A stretch of DNA of 11,097 bases, taken from positions 1 to 11,097 of the forward strand of contig JBIKWF010000131.1 in assembly GCA_044356455.1 (NCBI GenBank), given 5' to 3'. A program made the translations under genes and the position numbers. The notes beneath the pieces were generated by a model, which worked only from the letters and a program-made list of their open reading frames with translations, was not told where the DNA came from and searched no databases. Shown in pieces: positions 4,697 through 11,097 of the stretch (its first letter is position 1; each line of letters starts with the position of its first letter). Source of the DNA: Bdellovibrionota bacterium. Its GTDB lineage: Bacteria; Bdellovibrionota_C; UBA2361; JBGSMV01.

Positions 4697-6409
4697 TTAT
4701 CTCATGCCAAGTGGTCCAACTGGCGCTGCCTTAGAGGAGGAATCTTCTCCCTCTGCAACTTTCTCTTGCGTGTCAGGAGCGAAGAGATCGCTGGCCCACG
4801 AAGGCATCTCTATTGCGAGGCTGGAAGCTTTTGTCGGAGGAGGTGCCCAGCTCTCAAAGAGTGCAAAGGGGAATCTCTCTGCAGAGAACTGAGGTAAGGC
4901 AAATAGGCCTGTTGTCTGCATGCGGGGAAGGGCAACGAAATTAGCTTGAGCCTCAGCGGACGCGCCCTCTGATACCGGCGCCCAGAAGATGTTGGTGGGG
5001 GCTGAGTGTGGGAATAAATCTGTGGCCCAGTCAGGCAATCTTACTGCTAAGGAAGATGGGGTTGTTAGCGTAGGAAGTGCAGCCTCATTTTCTTTTGAAG
5101 CGGACGGATTTTCCTCTGTATCAGCACTTGAGTCACGTGTGGACTCGGAGGCGTCTTCTTTTTTATCTGTAACTACTGCGCTCGCCGCCACGGGCTCGTG
5201 AGGTTTGGTTTCAGTAGTAAACAGGTCCGACATTTCGCCAGGCAGCTCAACTCCAAGTGAAAGAGCTTTGCTTGCTGCATGAGGACGAGAAGGAGCTGAA
5301 GCAGAAGAAGACGGAGCAGCGGGAGCATCTGCCGATGCGGCTTCTGGGGCTGGACCCTGAGAAGGTGCGGGTTCAGTTCGCATGTTCTTGGGCGCCGCGA
5401 GTTCCTCGCTCCAAGGGTCATTCCGCAAATCGCTTTGAGGACCAGTCTTTTCTGAGTCAGGCTGAGCAGTGGGCGGTGTTGGCCCAGACGCTGGATCGTC
5501 CATGCGTAAAGGCTCTGGCGGCTTGTTAGTGCTCTGCTCTTCCTTAGTAGGGGCAGTAGCAACACTAACCGGCGGCATGATGAGAGGCCCAGAGTCTACT
5601 TGATCAGTCGGCTCGGCCGGGACAGTTACAATCGGAGCGGGGTTAACCAAAACTGGCTTAGGGGCTTCAGGCGCAGGGGCTGGATCTGTCTGCGAGGTCG
5701 TAGCCCCTGATTCTTTATTTTCCATCAAAGATGGAGCTTCTGGTGAAACAGTCAAGTCTTGAGCAGGGGGAGCATTCTTCAGCGACTCTCCCGGAGGATT
5801 CTCGAGTCCAGCAGAGGTTTTTGCTACTTCTCCTCCGGCGAGTCTTTTTTCAGGCGGGCGATTGTCAATTTGGCTCAGCATGAACGCTCCGCCGCCTGCA
5901 ATAATCAGAGCGGCTGCCGCGATAAGTTTTCCTCTCGTGCTTGTGTCGAGCGAAACGGGAGTTGCGGTGTGCGTGGGAAAACTTAGAGTTTCTGCCGCTT
6001 CTACGATTCTAATGTTTTGAATCTCTGGCAGCGCAAAGGGCAAGGCCCCTGCGAAGCTTGTGACCTTACGAAGGACGTTCGTACTTGAGAGCGAGAACAC
6101 GCGCGATGTCGCGAGGTCCACAAGAACGCTTCCATGCTCGGGGTGCGAGAAGGTGAGTGTCCTCTCGGCGGAGAGCCCTAACTCACGACTTTGATCTGCG
6201 GCGACGCCCTCAAATTTTGCTGGTACGTCGCTCTTCGTGAAGAGTGTCGTCTCGCCCGTTTCGCTCATCTGTGCGAGTGCGCCGGGAAGTGCGTACCAAC
6301 GGTCAGGCGCCTGAGTAGAATTTCTGTGAGTAAAGTTTCGTGGACGCGGGAGCGCTGCGTTCGACGAGAGTCGACGGTGTGAAGGTGGATGTGCAAGTGC
6401 GCTAACCAA
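4697..6409 (-). CDS. Hypothetical single-pass membrane protein with long Pro/Ala/Ser/Glu/Thr-rich, probably disordered C-terminal region
   Basis: 570-codon ORF with one hydrophobic helix (LIAAAALIIAGGGAFMLS) and three copies of an SLxVxLPxxxxDLF motif near the C-terminus. The TTG start at 6409 has no clear RBS, so the true start may be internal. Confidence 0.75.
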   Translation of the reverse strand: MVSALAHPPSHRRLSSNAALPRPRNFTHRNSTQAPDRWYALPGALAQMSETGETTLFTKSDVPAKFEGVAADQSRELGLSAERTLTFSHPEHGSVLVDLATSRVFSLSSTNVLRKVTSFAGALPFALPEIQNIRIVEAAETLSFPTHTATPVSLDTSTRGKLIAAAALIIAGGGAFMLSQIDNRPPEKRLAGGEVAKTSAGLENPPGESLKNAPPAQDLTVSPEAPSLMENKESGATTSQTDPAPAPEAPKPVLVNPAPIVTVPAEPTDQVDSGPLIMPPVSVATAPTKEEQSTNKPPEPLRMDDPASGPTPPTAQPDSEKTGPQSDLRNDPWSEELAAPKNMRTEPAPSQGPAPEAASADAPAAPSSSASAPSRPHAASKALSLGVELPGEMSDLFTTETKPHEPVAASAVVTDKKEDASESTRDSSADTEENPSASKENEAALPTLTTPSSLAVRLPDWATDLFPHSAPTNIFWAPVSEGASAEAQANFVALPRMQTTGLFALPQFSAERFPFALFESWAPPPTKASSLAIEMPSWASDLFAPDTQEKVAEGEDSSSKAAPVGPLGMR

Positions 6410-6494
6410 GGGAGGTAACTTTCGAAAATTATTACTAAGTCACGGCGAGTATTTCCGCTTGAGGGTATCTAGTCAAACATTTCGGGACATTGTT

Positions 6495-6523
6495 TTGATT
6501 AGCGCCTGACGCCGTTCTATACT
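6495..6523 (+). promoter_or_regulatory. Sigma70-like promoter for the 6604 gene
   Basis: TTGATT (6495-6500), 17-nt spacer, TATACT (6518-6523). Confidence 0.6.
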
Positions 6524-6603
6524 CGCCAAGCGATAAGGCAAGGCGCCTTTTTCTCCCTAAATATCAACAGCTTGCCTTCGAATCGCCCTCTTCTAGGATA
6601 CGT

Positions 6604-7830
6604 ATGCAACTCTCTTCTGCGCTTCGAAGAACCGCTTGGGTGGCAGCTGCCGCTGGTGCTTCTCTCATGGGGTTAGGCGGATGTGCTTCAAATAAGGCGA
6701 CAAACGGCACTCAGGCTGACGGGCAAACGGATGCTGCTTTGGTATCCGGCTCTCCTGGAGAAGCTGGGGCCGCTGCTGAAAATAGCGAATCCCCCAAGGT
6801 TGCCTCCGGCTCCAAGACTCCAAGCGGCGCAGAACAAGCGAGTGCCCTAGACCCCACAATTCTTGGCGACGATATTCTCAAGAGAGTTAATCCCGAGAAT
6901 ATCAGCGTGAACGTGGTGCAGCACGTTCCAAGCGCTGAGGAAGCCCAGAGAAGTTTCACCTTGTCGAAGGCCCAGATCACAAAAGCCGCTGAGGAATATG
7001 CGGCACTTGGTCAGTATCTGAAGGAGCACGCACCAAGGGCGCCAGAGAACCAGCGTATATCTATTGCAGCGATGTCGGATTTCTCCTTTGCCGTAAGCCA
7101 CAGAATTAGCCTGCTTGGGACCTCTGCGGGTGAGATTCAAATAGCGCTCGACCTTGCGAGCTCAGCTTCTAATGAAATGGACGATTGGGCACTGCGCACC
7201 AAGGAGCCTCAAGCGAGGAGTCGGCTTGCAAGAAGCGGAGCGGAGACCATTGCGCAGATTGCCTCTGCGTCAGGTGCTCCAGTCTCAGAGATTGAGGCTG
7301 AACTCAAGTCCGCGTGGACTAAAACGGCCCTCTTGATAATCGCAACTCGGGAGTATGGGGCGCCGATGTGGGGTGATGCCGTGACGGAGTCCCGCCGTAA
7401 GGCCGCTGCTCAAATCGCTACGGTGATAGAACACGACCAGTCGATAGCAAAATTAGGACAGCCACTTGACCCTGCCGTAGTGAACGCGAACTTGCGAGTG
7501 GCTGCTACGGCAGAGAAATTGATGCAGGTAGTTCTTGTTGCGGGAGACTCTGACGTAGTTAAGAAGCTGCGCCTTCTTTCGCCTCAAGGTGGCTCAGAAA
7601 TAGTCGGCGCGAGTGTTTTAGACACTGACGCATTTGCGAGATTCTCTGCCTTCGCAAAGTTAAATCCCTTGGATGAGAGCAGTATGCTTCGCTGGGCTCT
7701 GCTGCGTAATGTTCCTAAAGTCTCAGAGCGCTTCTTTTCTGGTTCTCAAGTGCCGCCTGCAGCCACCGCATCGCCGGAAGTTGCTTCCGGATTGCAGTCT
7801 CTTCTTAAGGACGAAGGGCTGGCTGAGTAG
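6604..7830 (+). CDS. Hypothetical lipoprotein, predicted mostly alpha-helical, 408 aa
   Basis: ATG with AGGA RBS. Signal LRRTAWVAAAAGASLMGLGG/C, then a low-complexity tether and an Ala/Leu/Glu-rich body. No family recognised. Confidence 0.82.
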   Translation: MQLSSALRRTAWVAAAAGASLMGLGGCASNKATNGTQADGQTDAALVSGSPGEAGAAAENSESPKVASGSKTPSGAEQASALDPTILGDDILKRVNPENISVNVVQHVPSAEEAQRSFTLSKAQITKAAEEYAALGQYLKEHAPRAPENQRISIAAMSDFSFAVSHRISLLGTSAGEIQIALDLASSASNEMDDWALRTKEPQARSRLARSGAETIAQIASASGAPVSEIEAELKSAWTKTALLIIATREYGAPMWGDAVTESRRKAAAQIATVIEHDQSIAKLGQPLDPAVVNANLRVAATAEKLMQVVLVAGDSDVVKKLRLLSPQGGSEIVGASVLDTDAFARFSAFAKLNPLDESSMLRWALLRNVPKVSERFFSGSQVPPAATASPEVASGLQSLLKDEGLAE

Positions 7831-7863
7831 AATCAGGAGTCAGGGCTTGAGCACAGTGTTTTA

Positions 7864-7890
7864 GAACGCTGTGGCTTTGAACGCTGTGGC
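7864..7890. repeat. Short tandem duplication GAACGCTGTGGC x2 next to a REP remnant
   Basis: 7864-7875 and 7879-7890 are identical. They run into GGCACCGC-CACCGCGGAGAC, which resembles the REP arm GGCACCGCGGGGAC. Confidence 0.5.
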
Positions 7891-7967
7891 ACCGCCACCG
7901 CGGAGACTCCGTAAGACAAAATAGGGAGCCACCTTTCTCGTAGATCAAAGAGCAAGAGCAGAATTTT

Positions 7968-9263
7968 CTAAGCAGCCTTTTTAGCTGCCTCTTCCTTCAT
8001 ATCCGCAATCCTCACCACTTCATTTCGCACCGCATCCGCATAGGTCAGCAAGACGGAATCAACGGTATCTCGCTTTCTTCCGCGAGAGCGTAAAATTCCT
8101 GAGAGTAGGGCGTAGTGAGAGAGCGAGTAGTCGTCCTCGGTGGAGAACATCCCGAGGTCCGCAAGGACGTCATTTCCCTCCTTGTCTTTGACTTGGCACG
8201 TTACTCCAACAAAAGGGACGTGTTCAGTGCTCATAGGAATGGTGACCACAAGAGTGGGGGAGGGATAAGAATCCGCCGGATTAACCACGCTTCTTACCAC
8301 GGCGGCCTCTTCTTCTGACATTTTGAACTCAATGCGCAGCCGTGAATCGTTGTTAGAAGAAGTTTGCACAATATCACTGCCTGAGTTCGCAAGAACTTTA
8401 AGAGGCGCAAAGGTTTGACCGACGCCAGGCACTGATTTAATGAGCCGAAGCCCGCCGCAGTGTTGGTTTGCAAAATCGAGATTCAACTTCGTAATACATT
8501 CTTTAAGCTCAGCTTGCGTGAGCTGCTTTGTGGCGTTGGCAAATAGGGACAGATCTACCGTTTTGCCAGAGAGGTGCGCGCCCTTAAAGATAGTGCCTAA
8601 TGTTTCGGCGCCTTCTGTTCTTGTTACGTCCCGAAGCTTAAGTCCCACACAATAAGCCTCAATTCTTGACCCAGGCCCTTGTATTGTCAGTCCTTCAAGG
8701 TTGCCTTTTAAGGCGCACTCTTTGCCGATTACCGTTTGCTTGAAGGTGGACTTCGGAAGGTCGAAATCCAGGGTCGATGCGCCAGTAGGCACAAATTTCT
8801 CGAAAGTTGCCGGTCCGCCGCGTAGGGAAAAAATACAGTTTTTATAATCACCAGAAACCACCGCGTTTTTGGCGAGAGTTCCTTCAATAAGCGCATGCTC
8901 ACCTGAGGCCGAGAGTTTGCGGATTTTAAGACCTTCTTCCATCGCGAGGCGCTGAAAGAGCGCGCTTTCAACGAGAGGTACGTGAGAGAGGATTTGAGCA
9001 GAAGGTGCGAAGAGGTCGACTTCTTCTTTGAAGGTCTTTGGCAGTGCCGACGGGGCCACTTCAAATTCAACAACCTCTCCCTTGGTTTTTCCGTTGAGAC
9101 GAAGAATTACCTTCTCGTTTTCGCAAAAAATTGAAACGTTCGGAGCTATGCTCAATGCGCAATCCGAAGTGCCCTTCGTCGCCCACTCAGGAATGCGTGG
9201 CTGAGCTTTGGGGTTGGTGAGAGCTGCTCGGGAGCTCGTCGCAATTGCAGGACTCATGGTCAT
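7968..9263 (-). CDS. Hypothetical cytoplasmic protein, 431 aa
   Basis: Long ORF with globular composition and no signal peptide or TM helix. Start ATG 9263 or 9257. The central part may be a degenerate beta-solenoid, but this is weak. Confidence 0.8.
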   Translation of the reverse strand: MTMSPAIATSSRAALTNPKAQPRIPEWATKGTSDCALSIAPNVSIFCENEKVILRLNGKTKGEVVEFEVAPSALPKTFKEEVDLFAPSAQILSHVPLVESALFQRLAMEEGLKIRKLSASGEHALIEGTLAKNAVVSGDYKNCIFSLRGGPATFEKFVPTGASTLDFDLPKSTFKQTVIGKECALKGNLEGLTIQGPGSRIEAYCVGLKLRDVTRTEGAETLGTIFKGAHLSGKTVDLSLFANATKQLTQAELKECITKLNLDFANQHCGGLRLIKSVPGVGQTFAPLKVLANSGSDIVQTSSNNDSRLRIEFKMSEEEAAVVRSVVNPADSYPSPTLVVTIPMSTEHVPFVGVTCQVKDKEGNDVLADLGMFSTEDDYSLSHYALLSGILRSRGRKRDTVDSVLLTYADAVRNEVVRIADMKEEAAKKAA

Positions 9264-9364
9264 AGGAAAAGTTACCCGTCACTGTGCCTAGGAGGGAAAG
9301 TGCGCTCCTGGCGAAATTGGCCCGAGCGCTAAGGGAGCTCGGGAGGAATAGGAACAGAGCGGCC

Positions 9365-9393
9365 AGGGTATCATTGTCGCGTGAGGCACTCAA
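9365..9393 (-). promoter_or_regulatory. Sigma70-like promoter for the 7968-9263 gene
   Basis: On the minus strand: TTGAGT (9393-9388), 17-nt spacer ending in TGA (extended -10), TACCCT (9370-9365). Confidence 0.5.
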
Positions 9394-9496
9394 ACGATGT
9401 TCGCTGCTCGTGCCTGGAGAGAGGGATAGCGAGCGATTGCTTAATGTTCAATGTTTCAGGGGGGTTATGTGGTTGTGCCGGGGCGACAGTTATTTC

Positions 9497-9601
9497 GGCA
9501 CCGCGGGGCTTGTCGCGCCGTCGCCTACTGGCAGAGGCGGAACGCGGCGCCCTACCAAGGACTCTGCGCCATTGGGTAGGGCGCCCTGTCCCCAGGGCGC
9601 C
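9497..9601. repeat. Back-to-back REP doublet; the minus copy (9497-9555) carries an insertion in its loop, the plus copy is 9576-9601
   Basis: Plus copy GTAG-GGCGCCCTG-TCCC-CAGGGCGCC. Minus copy arms 9543-9551 and 9497-9505 are separated by 37 nt instead of 3-4 nt. Confidence 0.8.
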
Positions 9602-9697
9602 GAAATATTTGCCGCGCCGACTCTCGTGTTGAAATGGCGGCGCGCAAACTGAGGCGCAAGAGTGGCAGCTCTTTTTCAGCTCTGTATACTCTTCGCC

Positions 9698-10276
9698 ATG
9701 ACTGCTCCTTCACTGCTGATTCTTGCTGGGCCGAATGGCTGTGGAAAGACGACCATTGCCGAGTTTATGGCCCAGGCGGGAAATCTAGGACGATTCCTAA
9801 ATGCCGATCTCATCGCTCGGGGTCTCGAGTCGAAACCTTTGATTGGTGGTCAGATTGAGTCGGGAAGGATTCTCTTGCAGCAATTGCACGCGGCTATCGA
9901 TTCTCGTGCGAGCATAGCCTTTGAGTCTACGCTTTCAGGGCGGACTTGGATGCGGTTAATAGGCGAGGCGCGTAAGAGCGGATTTGAGATTACAATCTGT
10001 TATGTTGCAGTTAGAACGGCAGATATCGCCGTTGCGCGGGTTGCAAGCAGAATTGCTGAAGGTGGTCATTCGGTTCCAGAGCAGGATATTCGCAGGCGGT
10101 ATGCACGCTCTCTTGAGTTGTTTTGGAATGTCTATCAGCCGCAGGTCGACAATTGGTATTTCTTCGATAATTCTGGGACGTCCGCGCTACTTGTTGCTTA
10201 CAAGGAGGGCCCGGCCCCTCACCAAGTGAAGGATTCGGAGTTGTTTGGCTTTTACCGAGGTCGCTATGGAAACTAA
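9698..10276 (+). CDS. Zeta-toxin-like / predicted ABC-type P-loop ATPase (AAA family), 192 aa
   Basis: Walker A ILAGPNGCGKTT, FLNADLIA, IAFESTLSG, ARVASRIAEGGHSVPEQDIRRRY and FDNS are typical of short zeta-toxin-family kinases. ATG 9698 places the P-loop at the usual N-terminal position. Confidence 0.9.
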   Translation: MTAPSLLILAGPNGCGKTTIAEFMAQAGNLGRFLNADLIARGLESKPLIGGQIESGRILLQQLHAAIDSRASIAFESTLSGRTWMRLIGEARKSGFEITICYVAVRTADIAVARVASRIAEGGHSVPEQDIRRRYARSLELFWNVYQPQVDNWYFFDNSGTSALLVAYKEGPAPHQVKDSELFGFYRGRYGN

Positions 10277-10463
10277 AGTAAAGCACCCCGCCGTGCAGGC
10301 ATTCATAGATTTACTCCCTGAGATGCCAAGGTTGCTCGAAGAGCGTCGTCGCCGAATCCGAGAGAAGCGAGAATTCCAAAGAAGAGTGTTCGAGAAAGCA
10401 TTGACCGAGGCGCGGCTCATTGGGCCGAATGCGAGGCGGAAAGTGTGGGGGGCGGACTCCTAG
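10266..10463 (+). CDS. Small basic protein overlapping the ATPase gene; candidate antitoxin or partner, 65 aa
   Basis: GAGGT RBS (10257-10261), ATG 10266, 11-nt overlap with the upstream gene, Arg/Glu-rich helix. Confidence 0.6.
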   Translation: METKVKHPAVQAFIDLLPEMPRLLEERRRRIREKREFQRRVFEKALTEARLIGPNARRKVWGADS

Positions 10464-10624
10464 CTCTCTTGTAGCGACAACCTAGAATTCTTTGGCTACT
10501 TCACAAAGAGTGCGGCAAGCATGGAGAGGGTGGTCTCTTCTTAGCCTGTAAAATGGAGGTTTTCAGAGCCTCATTCTATTATCCCGCAGGAGCGACACGG
10601 GGGAAATCATTTGCCTCTCGTTAG

Positions 10625-10936
10625 TTATCTGGCCCGCCTCAAGTACTCAATAGCCTTTTCCGCATAAGACCGAATTTCTTGGCCGATGTCCTGAGACGCT
10701 TTCACGCGCTGCCAAAATTCCAAGGCTACCGGCAGAACCGTCGACCAAATTTCTTCATCGCTCGGAATAAGTGAAGGAGCGGTGAAGGATAGAGGCGCAA
10801 GCTCCTCTGCCAAACTTGCGAGGGAGCGTCAGGCGGTGGCTTGAAAAATATAAAGTGCGGCACCGATATCCGCAGTTGTTAAGGGGGCATTTTTTAGGAG
10901 AAGCATCTTTGATGCGGGGGGAGTTTCTTTGGTTAT
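10625..10936 (-). pseudogene. Internally deleted YjjJ-type (HipA family) toxin pseudogene
   Basis: One frame reads ITKETPPASKMLLLKNAPLTTADIGAALYIFQATA*RSLASLAEELAPLSFTAPSLIPSDEEIWSTVLPVALEFWQRVKASQDIGQEIRSYAEKAIEYLRRAR. The first part resembles the YjjJ N-terminal HTH (LL..GP....L...L.ISQAT.SR) with a premature TGA at 10831-10829. The last part resembles the YjjJ-like C-terminal helices (W....A..FW.RV). The kinase core is missing. Family assignment is from recalled motifs only. Confidence 0.65.
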
Positions 10937-11097
10937 CGTGAATAGTATCGATTCTTTGTTCTGCGCATAAAATTCAGACGGTTAGGCGTTCTATTGTAGC
11001 ATTTGTGAATAGAAAGACGAATGATATTTTTGATGATTCAGACCTAGTATGCTCTCTCGGAACGGTTAGGACTTCCCGTCAGATGTAGAGGATGGGG

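Noticed and set aside
7944..7953. boxA-consensus-like TGCTCTTTGA on the minus strand after the 431-aa gene
   Set aside because: It is a single short match with no promoter or RNA gene context.
7834..9310. Possible enclosing stem around the 431-aa gene (GCACAGTG near 7850 with CACTGTGC near 9280, plus CAGGAG/CTCCTG)
   Set aside because: The helices are only 6-9 bp, compatible with chance, and the promoter lacks the correctly spaced GTTCWTTCC motif.
1..9601. CRISPR array interpretation of the GC-rich repeats
   Set aside because: The copies are dispersed, in both orientations and without regular spacers, and no cas genes are present.
9284..9652. 122-aa ORF and other short ORFs crossing REP elements (also at 597, 2286, 2354, 4454, 4540)
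   Set aside because: They translate repeat or promoter sequence (for example GRAPCPQGA) and lack an RBS or protein-like composition.

Overview
Bacterial accessory-type region, gene-dense but mostly orphan genes. From left to right: a Tat-exported HiPIP ferredoxin (-), a VapBC-type toxin-antitoxin pair (-), a minimal 2-TM K+ channel subunit (+), two divergent GC-rich orphan lipoprotein genes (2635-3198 -, 3640-4173 +), three large hypothetical genes, a zeta-toxin-like P-loop ATPase with a small overlapping partner (+), and an internally deleted, stop-containing YjjJ/HipA-like pseudogene (-). The intergenic spaces hold a family of GTAG-type REP hairpins with compensatory stem changes and one unrelated long palindrome. 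The most striking observation concerns the two lipoprotein genes, which share a non-coding layout reminiscent of rRNA operons. Each has a sigma70-like promoter, a boxA-like GTTCWTTCCMA motif 13-14 nt after the -10, a 5' arm complementary to a 3' arm about 0.8-0.9 kb away that encloses the whole CDS, and densely folded UTRs. All structures were paired by eye and no database search was run.
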